Shown one piece after another: positions 1-12,363 of a DNA stretch of 64,000 bases. Within the stretch, counting starts at the first letter, position 1; every line of letters begins with the position of its first letter. The notes beneath the pieces were generated by a model that was not told where the DNA came from, did not search any database, and worked only from the letters and a program-made list of their open reading frames with translations. This stretch comes from Bugula neritina (lineage: Eukaryota; Animalia; Bryozoa): assembly GCA_964035545.1 (NCBI GenBank), contig OZ037769.1, forward strand, positions 2,914,001 through 2,978,000. Direction: 5' to 3'. Both the position numbers and the translations under genes were made by a program.

Positions 1-28
1 GTTTCAGTGTAAATTTGCTTCTGCCAGT

Positions 29-3000
29 ATGTTTCTGCTCTTGTTGTCATCTCTGGTTTTTGTGAAAGAAGCAGCCACAGCTTTAGCTACAAAACCAAAC
101 ATTGTGATTGTTGTGGCTGATGATTTGGTGAGTCATTTTTATACTTTATTTCTGTTTACTCATTCTTTATTAGAAAGTTTTTAAATGTACTTGAAATTAT
201 ATTTTTTTCAATATTGATTTTAAAGCAAAATAACTGACTATTTCCATATGTAGGGTTACACAGATGTGGGGTTTAATGGTGGAGATCAGATTCCAACTCC
301 TAATATAGATTGGCTAGCAAAGAGAGGCGTCATACTAAGTAACTATTACACTGCTAAGATTTGTACCCCATCAAGAGGCTCTCTACTTACTGGAAGACAT
401 CAAATGCAACTCGGTTTACAGAGATCAGTAATATTTCCATCTGCACCATACGGTTTGGGGCTAAATGAGACGCTCCTTCCTCAGTACCTCAAGAAATATG
501 GCTATTCTACTCACATGGTTGGAAAGGTAAGTGCTAAATTCATTGAACTTGTATACTTATTACTTGTTATTTAGTTTAGTCATTTTATTGAGATACACTA
601 ACTGCAAAATATGGGTTTCAACAATTTTAGAAAATGATTAATGCAATTTAATTAGTAATTCAATGTTCAACTCAACTTGTTTTTTAATAAAGACATTTTG
701 GCAAAGTAGTTTGCCAACATCATGATATTAACATCAAAAAAAGTTTATTAATCTTGTATGCTTGCTGTTATTTTCAATAGCATTTAAAAAGAAATTTGTT
801 GTTAAAAAGACCATTACGAAATTATTTCTTTGTACTTGCAGTGGCACCTGGGATATTATAAGCTAGACTACACCCCTACCAGGCGTGGGTTTGATACCCA
901 CTTTGGTGTATGGAATGGGAAATCTGATTACTTCTCACACTATGATACTGACTGGGGTGTAAATATCTTTACTTTATGTTTTGCTGAATCATACTATTTC
1001 ATATAATCAAAAATGACTAGCTATCGTTACTCTGGTCAATGTTCACTTGCAGAGTGGTTTGTTATAGTTCTTTGATGTTTATGTTTTCAACTGTGCTTGA
1101 TGCCTGTTCCAAGCATTAGTCCATTTGCGCAAAAATTGAGAAGGCACTAGAAAATTTATCTGTGAACCCAGGCTATACTTTTGTTACGGTTTAGGGCTAT
1201 GGTTTACTAATCCCCTGCCTTCTTTGTTGTAGGAGGTAGAAAAGCAGTTAAATACTCATCTTTTAGTATTTCTTCATTGTTTTATCAGGCATTAATCGTA
1301 GATAAACTTAATTTGATTTCAATTGAGACTAGTTTGTCAATTATTGCATTTCTCTGATTGTAGGTTCATTCGAACGAGTCTGGTATAGACTTATGGGACA
1401 ATCTTCGAGTAGCTAGTGAGTACAATGGCTCTTACATCACTCAGCTTTATGGCCAAAAGGCAGTGGAGATTATTAAAAATCATAACCAATCAAATGTGAG
1501 AAATACTACAGGGCAACTGATTTTGTATTTCATAGCATAGAAGTTTGCTCAAAAGTTGTCCATATGATATACAAATGATATAAAACATATTTAATTAAAA
1601 AAAATAATACTATATAAAATTGAAATATTCTGTTATTTCAATAATTTGTTGGATGATATTTATTTTGTGTTTATATGTTTTTTATTTAATGCGTTCTAGA
1701 AAAATGTGCATATTTCAGCCATTCTTCCTGTATCTGGCGCACCAAGCTGTACACAACGGGATTAGTCCACAACCACTCAAAGCTCCTCAGGAATATTTGG
1801 ATAAATTTAGTTTTATAACTCATGATGGTAGAAGGAGATATGCAGGTTAGATATGCTGTGATGTAGTATACAGGATTTTATTAGTTGTGTTGCATAACAG
1901 TTAGTTGCATGTCATGTCTTCAGTGTTTCATGGAAGTAAATGGTGGACAGTGTTAGTTGTTTTATATTTTACCTTTCCTGATTTTTTTTCATTATTCAGG
2001 TTCTACTTTAATTTTTGTTCTTAATAACAGCTGAAAATTCCCAAACTGTCACAAGATCTTGCTTTGAATCAATATTGATGCTTTGAAATTTTCTGTGATG
2101 TAACGGATAGGCTTCCTCAATTTCTTGATGTTTTATTTATGCCACTATTAGAATATGTTGAGCTCTATTTTGATATTTTTTAAAAGCTGTGGGTTTCGCA
2201 CAAAATTTTGTTCTTTCAAAAACTACTTTGAATCAGTCTCAAAGTTCTGTCATTCCTTATGACTTGATGTGTTGTTATCTGCTGCTTCAGCCATGCTGTC
2301 AGTTCTGGACGACACTATTGGTAACTTGACGTCTGCTCTGATATCCTCAGGGATGTATGAGAATACCTTGCTAATATTTACAACTGACAATGGTGGACCA
2401 GTAGATGGTTTCAGCTCAAACTACGCCTCTAATTGGCCGCTCAGGTAATACTATTCCGTCTCCGCATCTGTCATGTGATCCTTTAGTTGCGGCGACCACT
2501 CTCGGAGTCAACTAAGTGAAAGCTGTCAGTGACCATTTTTCAGTTAACTTGGAGTCATGTTCTTTATGCTTTTGTTTACCAAAAATTAGAAGCATCTTTT
2601 CTTTCGATAAAATCAACTAAATTAATGTGGAACTGAAGCTCATTGGATCTCAAGAGCTACTAAAACACATGAATTTGTTGCTGTTCCATTTTTTATCAAC
2701 TGCTTTCAGTTGTTTCATTGTTTTAATTCTTTGGTAACAAACTTGTTTATTATGTATAGAGGATGCAAAGAAACATATTGGGAAGGGGGTGTTAGAGGGG
2801 CAGCCTTTCTCCATGGCAGAATGTTGGAGAACCCAGGCCGGACTTCAAATCAGTTAATGCACATCTCTGATTGGCTACCAACACTGATGACTGTTATTGG
2901 TAAGACTTTATCTTAATGCTGGGTTACCACAGCATATCTTTTAGATGTCTTTCAAAATATCTGACCGTCTGCTGTCTAGCCTGGACAATGACTGCAGTCT

Positions 3001-3840
3001 ACTAAATTATGTTACGTAATGTTATTATCTAGTTTGTGGGCAATGTTGTTGGAGGCCAAGTTCTAAGTTTAACTTATGTTTCATCTGATGCTGTAATATA
3101 TAAGAATATTTAGTTGCAACTTGTCCACAGGTTCTCTTTGTTTTTGGCAAATAGTATTGTGGGCTTCAACTGTATTTAGGAAGAGCTGTAAGCATGTGAA
3201 TTAAACATTCCCTCATTAATAATACTGATGTTATTATTATTTTTGTATATCAATATTAAAGTTGCGGTACTACAGGCGAGAAGTTACCCACTGATATAGA
3301 CTACTATGGTGTAGACCAATGGGCAGCCATACAGTATGACGTTGCGTCACCACGTAAAGAAATCATACACAGTTATGATCTTTCTACTGGAGCGATTAGA
3401 CACGGAGATTACAAGCTTGTGGTGAGTTGGGAAAGCATTCTGTTGTGTCGCAATATCTTCATATAAAATATTTTATTTTATTTTTCATACCTTTCGCTAC
3501 CCTCTAGATTTGCTGTGATAATAACATGAATGGGTGGTACCCCGAGCAGAAGTATGTTCCAACCAATCAGAATCCATACATCACGTGTGGAGAGCGTAAC
3601 TCCTCATTACCAGCATGCACCAAGGACAAACCCTGTCTGTATGATATTCAGTCTGACCCTTGTGAATACAACAACATTGCCTCTCTCAAGCCTCAGCTCT
3701 CTAAATTGCTGCTGGAGAAGTTGGAGACGTTTGCAGATGCTGCCCAACCACCTAGAAACAAGCCCAGTGACCCTGCTGCCTTCCCCAGGTTCCATAACGG
3801 CCACTGGACCAACTGGCTGGATAAAAACCCAATTTACTAG
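29..3840 (+). CDS. Arylsulfatase B/I/J-like sulfatase, about 9 exons
   Basis: ATG at 29 gives a signal-peptide-like MFLLLLSSLVFV..KPNIVIVVADDL|GYTD. Active-site CTPSR motif, then VGK|WHLG..RGFD, FLYLAHQAVH, DNGG, NWPLRG.K...WEGGVRG, HISDWLPTL and LYDIQSDPCE. GT-AG junctions. Stop TAG at 3838-3840. Confidence 0.92.
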
Positions 3841-4920
3841 CTTCAAATCATTTCAAGATTTGAATTTCTACTATCCATCTGCTTGCTTTATTATTGTGTG
3901 CAATTTTTAGTGTATCGTCATAAAATTTACACATTCCTTCACTTTATTTTATATTTACATTTTCAAACAATTTTCCCGGTTTTGTATAATTTGTAAACCC
4001 TACTTTTGTTTAGCTTCAAGAGTTGCTCATCATGGAGTAACTGAGTCTTTTATTTAAAAGTATTTGCTGTTAATTTTTGTTTTTATAATTTACAGTTTTT
4101 ATTTAAAGACATGACTTTAGCTACGTAGCAGTTTTATATCATATCATATACCCTAGGGTTAGCAGAGTCTACTTATCAGACGTTATGAGCATTGAGAAAA
4201 TAACTAACTCCCTTAGCATGAGAGTTTTAGATGCATTATCCTTTTCAATCATTCCTGTATTATAGGATATTTTGACATGGTACAAATCATGCCAGGTTAG
4301 AATTGGGTAGTCACAAGCATTCTAGTGATGGAGAAAAGTGCTACATTCCACCATTTTCATTATGTTGGACGAAGACAATCATTTTAGCTATACATGTATG
4401 TTTTTTTGTAAAATGAAAAAAATAATATCCTTTGAGTTATCCTCTTCAATTTGTTAGCAAAGCATAACAATGCCTTGTTTCTTTAGTATATTAACGCTTT
4501 AGGAAGTAGAAAATACTCATTTTACAACTTTTTTGTTGCAGCTCTTTATTTGCTTTTTATACAACAATTAAATTTGATAATTTGACACTAGCAGTCACAT
4601 GACCACCCATACACAGTATCAATACTTTTCATAATTCTGAAACAGCCATTGCAATCATATATTTTGTTTATATAAATAATATAACTTATAGAGAACATAT
4701 AACTATTTTCAACTGCAATTGTGTATAATACATATATCATGGTGCATAGCTGACCAGCTATAAAAATTTACAACAAGTAATTCAATTAAGTTCAATTTTC
4801 ATGAATACCATATAATACATTAAATAATATTAGATTGCTATGGCATGGTAAAAATATTCAATATGTAATATTCATGATAAATTTGACTAAACTGGCTATG
4901 GAAGATTACAGGGGAGATTT

Positions 4921-7900
4921 TCAGACTAGAGAATCTAATAGTGAATTCATTGCAGCTTCGTGTATCGACTGGGTACCGGACTTGGCTTTCTACAATATAA
5001 ATACATACTTCTAATTCTACAATATAAATATATACTTGTAATTCTACAATATAAATACATACTTATAATTCTACAATATAAATATATACTTCTAATTCTA
5101 CAATATAAATGTATACTTCTAACTCTACAATATAAATTTTTCATTCTAAATCTACACAATGAATAATTCTTTGTTTCACTTAGCTTTGGTTACTTTTAAA
5201 TAATCCGTTATCATAAATCCTACTGCCTTCCAACATTTCAAAAATACTTCTACACTCGCTGAGCTACAATTCTTACCTTAAACTGATCATCAAGCTTGGC
5301 TATGGCCTTTTTAGCTATACTAATGTGTTCAACTTTTGATTTACTCTTTGAAGCTGCCAACTTTTGTGAACACTGAAAGTAAACAGCACACAGTTAATGT
5401 TAATTAGTAAGGCCAAAAGAAGAAGGTAAAACAGCAGGGCGACTAGGTAGACAAAGATGATTGAAACAGTGAGCTAGCTGGTAGGCAGTAGGCTAATGTG
5501 TGGATAAGTAAGTCACATGCAGGTAGGGGGAGGGCAGTGGTGGATAAGAAATCCATTTGCAGGTGGGGGAGGGCAGTGGTGGATAAGAAAGTAAACTTGA
5601 GATATTCACAAGATCAATCAGAAAAGCAGATATTTGGGAGAGAGTTGGGTGAGTACTTGAATAGACAAGAAATCTAACTCTCGTTCATTACCACTGAGGC
5701 TAAGATAACAAAGTTATAAGCAAACCTAAAACACATTATTTTCAGTAACAAGAGTTGGTTAGTAAAGAGTACTACACTCACCAAAACAATGCCGTACAGC
5801 GCTCTAACATTACTACTCGATAGTTTACTAGCTTGACTGAAGTAAACCCTGGCCAACTCAAAATCACCCTGACTATACTTTATCTACAAAACAAATAGAT
5901 ACTAATATAATTATTAAATAACATATACAATGCTACTATAATAGAGGCCAACACCATAAAGCTCAATTACCAAGGAATTTTCCTTCCTAAACTAAAGTCA
6001 TTTCTAAACAAATATGAAGTTTTTACTGATGAAGATCACAGCAATGCTGGTAGAATTGTCTCAAAATGATAACCACAATAACATTATTCAACCATCAACA
6101 CTGAATAAAAGTTCAGCCATCCAACGAGTAGAGTACCCACGTACCTCAGCGTATCTTTGGTGAAACAGATGATTGTTGGGATTATTTAGTATGAGTTCTT
6201 CCACACAGAACGCTGCCTTCTCATAGTCAGCCTGACTGAGGTAGAGTTCACTCAGCTCCATCCAACCTTCAAAGTCCATACAGCTTCTACAAATTGTTCA
6301 TTTATTCATGTTACAGAAAGTACTATGGGAAAAGCTTGAATTAGAACAAACGTGGCTTTAAAACTCCTTAACAACTGAAACAATAAACATAAGCAAGTGA
6401 ATGCAAAAAATAATACTCTAATTATAGAGCCTGATATTAACTCCTATAAAATTTATTTCTCCAGCGTATTATATTTAACTACTGACTGAAAGTTTCAGCA
6501 TAATTGGACACACAAGCACAAACACAAGCACACAAACATGTACGGTATAGAATACAAAACACATTCTAGCACAGCTTTCCAGGATAACCTACACTTCCAG
6601 GTACTTGTTCAGAGCTGAGACAGCGTCAGCAATCTTTCCCTGAGTCTTATACAAGGCCACCATTCTTTTCTGTGTAGCCTACAGGAACAGGAACGAAGAA
6701 TTAGAATAACTCTCACAATACATACTCAACAAGTCAATTTCACTCTGTATATGGAAAAATGCATGAATTTACTAAGCATCTGATCATTGAAAGACATACT
6801 AGAAAACAGTCCAGTCAGTGAAATGTATGATGCATACTATTAAGAGTCACAGAGTACTTTTTCCATTGAAACTGCATATAAAACTTTATGCATTTGCAGT
6901 AAAATTTAAACACATCAGAACTATACAGATCATAGCCAACTTTTCTAGAAAAGATGGTTGAGTGGGCAGTTAGACAGTATACATGAAGGGAAGTATATTA
7001 TAAGTATATATGAAGGGAAGTATATTATAAGTATACATGAAGGGAAGTATATTATAAGTACTTACGAAATCTACTGGGTCATTCTCAAGAATTTTTGAAT
7101 ATATGTGTTCAGCTTTATCATACCTACAAGATATATCATATCATAGCATATCATCACATTATAAACATATATCACAGATTATGATGGAAAATCTACTGAG
7201 CCAACAACTTATAGAGGTATCACTTAGGTCTTAGTGCATAACTACCTTCTCAACACTATATGCATGGTAATACTAACTACTGAATACTGATAATGACAAG
7301 TCCCGAAACTAATAGCACATTGACTAAATTCATAGTTTATAGAATATGCAAAAAGGCACAAACACAATGAAATATTGTCACAGAATTGCAGCATATAACC
7401 ACATAAGTGCTAGATTACACTTACTGTTCCCTGGCCTCCATGTACATTCCTTGCAACCTTTTCAGTCGGTTGCTATCACTAAACTGCCCTTGAATTAGCG
7501 TGAAAAGATTCTAGAAAATTCGGAATAAACTAGTTCAATTGTCAGTCAATTTCATACTATTATTCTTGAAAGTCGAAGTAATAATTAAAACGAGTGAGAG
7601 CATGAAGACCAGCCATTATTAATATATTTAGAAACTAAATTATACATTGATACTCAGAGAGGACAACTCTGAGTCATGCATTACTAAGAAGTTATAAATG
7701 ATTATTAGCTTTTAAATGTCTTTTTCAGCATAGAACTTTAAAAAGATTAACCCAGCCTGCTTTATCTTTATCGACTATAAGTGTATATTTTACACACTCT
7801 TCTGGTATTGGAGAAACAAAGTAAAGCGAAACAATGCTGTGAGTATTTTTAAAAGATTTGTCGTCAAGCATTGAAATCAGTTTAATCAATCTTTCAACAA

Positions 7901-9626
7901 ACCCTTCAGTCTACATCATATTATAGTAATAGAGAAAAACTGACATACTTACTCCCGCTGTTGAATATTCACCGACATCTAAGGATGCCATAAATATCTG
8001 CTCTAATATCAGCCATTCTACAACACATAATTCATCTCTCTCCCGATACTTTCCACTTTATGTAAAATATCATTCGTTACTGCCTTCTAATACATTGACA
8101 TTAATCATCACAGCTATCACAGAAGAAGTAAGAAATAGTTTTTCCGTAAAAATGCCAAAACCAGACTCATGTTTATTCTCAGGAAATACTTATATAATAA
8201 CTTGTTTTCTACTAAATTCTTCTACCAACTCTTAATATCAAGCAATTGTGTAACAAATACAAAATTCTAATGAAAGACAACAGCTCGAGAAGTAGAGTGA
8301 CGCAAATAATGCTTGAAGGTACAACACTCACTGTCTGCACCGAGTCCATTTATGTTATCAGATATGTAATCACTCCAGAGGTCCATCACCTTGTCGCTGT
8401 GTCGTATGTTCTCATTGCGCATCTGTTTGAGTCTTTCTACGGCACCTGAAAACAAACTTGACTGATACATGTTACCATATGACTCCATCATATAACATGA
8501 TTAATTTTAAATTATCACAATTGCTGGCATGTCTTTTAAATATCCAAGAATGTATTAAAAGGTTTGAGTTCAAACCAATATTACACTTTAGTATAAACTA
8601 CAAAAAAACTTTGATACTTGTATTCACATTATTTATGTTATATTCATGAGTCAAATGTCAATCCCACACAAAATCAAATGCAGTAGATAGTCATAATGTC
8701 CAAAAATTTAATTCAGCTAGTGTTACGCCTACGGCTACTGCTACCCTAAAGCAATATAAATAAAAATTAGTGACCAATACTAAATTATTATTTAATAATA
8801 AAGTAGGAAAACAATTTAAAATTATCAAAAAATTTAATTACAATTATTATTATTAACCCATTAACTTTAAGTATAACATTAACGATTTTTATAGCAGAAG
8901 GGTGTTAACATTGTTTATGTAAAATAATTTTGCCCCCATTGGGAATCAAACCCGAGACCTCCGGCTTGCAAGCAAGTGTGCTAACCATTACACCAAGAGG
9001 ACCACTGAGTAATCACAGCACTACAGTTTTAGACTACTGCCAAAGTACTGACAACTTATTTTTTATAAGCGGCACATCCTTTCTTCCCTCTAGGGAGGTC
9101 CAGTGTGGAGATAACGTCGACAAGTATCGACAGGTACAATAGTAATACGAGTATCATAATGATAATGATAATCATAGTGATAATCAATCATTATTCATAA
9201 TCATAACTACAATGATAATCTAAATCATAACATTAACAATAATGACAATCGATATCATTTAAATTTTCAGAGTCGTAATTCACATTCACTATAACTGTTA
9301 GTGTTATCATAACCTCAACTTCAACTTGCCATTGATATTCAATTCCATATTGATAATCATAGTGATAATGATATTATTATTATTAATATTAATATTATTA
9401 TTATTAATATCCAAATTCAATTCATAATATTAATATAAATACTAATAGATTAATAGGAATTGATTTACAGACACTCAAACTTTGAATTAAAAATAAATTA
9501 CTTAATAAAATTAGAATATGCTTCATATTGAATAAAATATTAAGGTTTTTTAGTGAGAATTGGCTACAATTGTGAATAACTAAATTGAGAAGTACCTGAA
9601 AATGTTGACACAGTGGATGCGGCCAT
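4921..9626 (-). CDS. EMC2: ER membrane protein complex subunit 2 (TPR protein), about 10 exons
   Basis: Exon 1 (9626-9596) [10 protein letters not shown] joins in phase to [20 protein letters not shown]. Later exon reads [44 protein letters not shown], then [18 protein letters not shown]. Last exon 4989-4921 is [22 protein letters not shown]. Confidence 0.9.
4986..5152. repeat. 27-bp minisatellite, about 6 copies, unit includes the EMC2 last splice acceptor
   Basis: Unit TTCTACAATATAAATACATACTTCTAA. On the minus strand most copies read ...TTTATATTGTAG|AA. Confidence 0.9.
6976..7042. repeat. 27-bp tandem repeat, about 2.5 copies, adjoining an EMC2 splice donor
   Basis: AGTATACATGAAGGGAAGTATATTATA repeated, running into CTTAC (GTAAG on the minus strand). 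Confidence 0.85.
8931..9003 (-). mobile_element. Degenerate tRNA-like sequence (SINE head or tRNA pseudogene) in EMC2 intron 1
   Basis: Minus strand GGTCCTCTTGGTGTAATGGTTAGCAC...AGGTCTCGGGTTTGATTCCCAATGGGGGCA. A-box-like and B-box-like motifs at tRNA spacing, but the anticodon stem is broken. Confidence 0.6.
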
Positions 9627-9832
9627 TTTTACTATGCTGGTTTCCGTTACCAAACCTGACCAATCTATGATAGTAAAACGATCAATTTTTTCCCGATAAT
9701 TACAGCTTTGAAAACCGGTTAGGTTAGTGGGATACGGAAACAGTCGTTTCCCCAGCTACGCTTAGTCACTAGGTTTTTGACGTGCTTGGCTAATACAGTG
9801 AAACACACAATCTCAAACAGTAACTGAGAAAA

Positions 9833-11906
9833 ATGATTCCTCCCAACTCATCGCTTGTTAAGTATGACAACCCAGTGTTGGTTAGCAGAAACACAGAGAA
9901 AAAGACTCCAAAGGTAAAGTATTTGCAACAGCCAGTAACAGTTTTTAAACAATCACCAACAGGCAACAAAGTATTTGGTTTCAACCTGTTATTCAAGTTT
10001 TAAACCAGAAGTCACAATGTAATTGTATTGCTCAATCTGAGTTTAAAAACTCAGCTAGCAGTTTTTTTACACTTTTCACATTTTTTAATAAATGTTTCAA
10101 AAACAGTACGTTTTTTGCTTTTCTGTTCTATCAAGAGTTTGTACTAGAACTGAAAGGTTATTAATTTTTGTCTTAAGCTTTATGTACGCAATACACTTTC
10201 ATTTATTGTTCCAACTCAGATTAATATTTATTGTTTTTTCTTCTACATATTTCAATCTCAAAGCATTTGTTCAATACTAGTAATAATGATATTTTAATTT
10301 TAAATACTATTTTTTTTATTAAAATTTAGTATTAATCCGATTGTAACATTTGGTGAAGCCTCAAATTATAATTACTGATTGTGATTTAATGTGTGCGTAT
10401 TTTAAGTGTGAAAAGCAACAAAAGCATCGTTTTGATTTTAGTCTCGACCTTTGAAAGTCAACTCCACATCTCCTCAGCCAGGATCTGGCCCTGTTCCAAC
10501 TCCACCAGGAAAGAAGCTTCCTCCAGTTGATGCCAAAAACAATCAGCAAACAGATGAGATTTTAAATTCTATTTTACCACCTAGAGAATGGACAGAGAAC
10601 GGACAACTCTGGGTAAGAGTTTGATAGTTTTAAATGATTACACCATGAACAGCTAATAACCTACATATAAAATTAGTTGAATAGCAATTTCAAATTAAAT
10701 AAACCAACAGTAAGCCAATCAACCAACTAGTCTTTAAGAATTGGAAAAATATTTTGACAATAAATTGAAATAATGAAATCTAACTTTAGGTACAGCAAGT
10801 ATCTAGTACTCCGGCTACTCGACTAGATGTGGTCAATCAGCAAGAAGAACTGGACAGACGACTTCAACAGCGCCAGGCTAGAGAGACAGGAATATGTCCT
10901 GTGAGACGTGAACTGTACTCACAGTGTTTTGGTAAGATGTATGGAAGAATATAGATCTTATAAACTTATACGACAATTGAATGATGTTATAGCCTATTAG
11001 CTCCTGCACTGAAATAACCCTTTTTTCTGATAAAAATATTATATAATCTCGAAGCATTGTAGATTAATAAATAAATTCTTTATTGGTATATTAATACACC
11101 ATTTTGGTATAAACTTCAGATGAGCTAATAAGACAAGTCACCATCAACTGCGCAGAAAGAGGTTTGTTGTTGCTGAGAGTAAGAGATGAGATTAGGATGA
11201 CCATAGCTGCATACCAGACCCTGTATGAAAGCAGCGTGGCTTTTGGTATGAGGAAGGCTCTGCAAGCTGAACAAGGGAAAGCAGACATGGAGAAGAAGGT
11301 AAGAAAGTCACTGGCTATTTTTCAAACTCAGACTCCGAAGAACCTGGGTTTAGTTAGACTAACCTATTACTACTATACACAGCTCAGAATGTTTTCTTTG
11401 CACCAACATGAATTTATGGCTGATATTTGATCAGATTGCGGAGCTGGAGCAAGACAAGCGTGACCTTGAAAGACAGGTCAATGAACTGAAAGCGAGATGT
11501 GAACAGATAGAGAAGAGGGCTGCAGAGCTGAGACAGGTTGAGGAGAAGAAACATTCTGAAGAACTCCAGTTTCTAAAGAGAACTAATGCTCAGCTAAAGG
11601 TAAAGTTCAATTAAATAAATATCAAAAAAATATGCCAAAATTACTGGCTGAATCATATATATTAATTTGAATAAATGTTTCTCACTTCTACAATTTTGTA
11701 GAACTGTGATAAAAATTAAATCTTTTATGTAAAACACATAATATATATCTATAAGACTTTCAGAATAACTTAAACCAATAAACAGTATCAGATTAGAAGT
11801 ATGAACTATCTCATACTGTTACATAGAGCTGTTGTGTTATTATATTGTATATTATATTTAATTCTAGAATCAACTTGAAGGAATCATTGCACCAAACAAG
11901 AAATAA
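9833..11906 (+). CDS. DNALI1: Axonemal dynein light intermediate chain (p28)
   Basis: MIPPNSSLVKYDNPVLVSRNTEKKTPK; ILNSILPPREWTENGQLW|VQQVSSTPATRLDV; RQARETGICPVRRELYSQCF|DELIRQVTINCAERGLLLLRVRDEIRMTIAAYQTLYESSVAFGMRKALQAEQGK. Ends NQLEGIIAPNKK*. Confidence 0.96.
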
Positions 11907-12363
11907 ATTAAGAATAAGTGAAAGATGAATGCCTTGTTTCACATTGATCTCTAGAAGAGGATAGACTTTTATGGAACATCTTGAGCAGTGAGGTCTATAG
12001 ACAATGTGTCAATAATTTGTGAGAACATAATGAAACAGAAAACAAAACCATCTATCTCTTGTTGTTATTTATTTATTGCATCATTCTATTATAAATCTTA
12101 CAATAGTGTATTAAATCTATAATCCATTTAATTTTGTATTTACATAAATATATGAATTTACCAATTCTATCTAAATGCCATACCTTCTGTTAAAAATAAA
12201 GTTCAACCTTCAAAATACAATAACGTAAATAAATATAGGCACATTTTTTTTAAAAAAACTATTGATTTATAGCAACTTTACAAAATAACTATGACAGTTT
12301 GCTGAGAATTTGAGCAGAACTATTTATTGCGTTTATTGAATACCAATTTCCTTACTATATAGT

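Noticed and set aside
3530-3910. Overlapping alternative-frame ORFs on the last sulfatase exon
   Set aside because: Shadow frames; the 3526-3840 frame carries the sulfatase C-terminal motifs.
8931-9003. Functional tRNA gene (Ala/Cys-like)
   Set aside because: The anticodon stem does not pair, the T-loop reads TTTGATT and the acceptor stem is imperfect. Kept only as a SINE or pseudogene relic. The same applies to 43455-43530.
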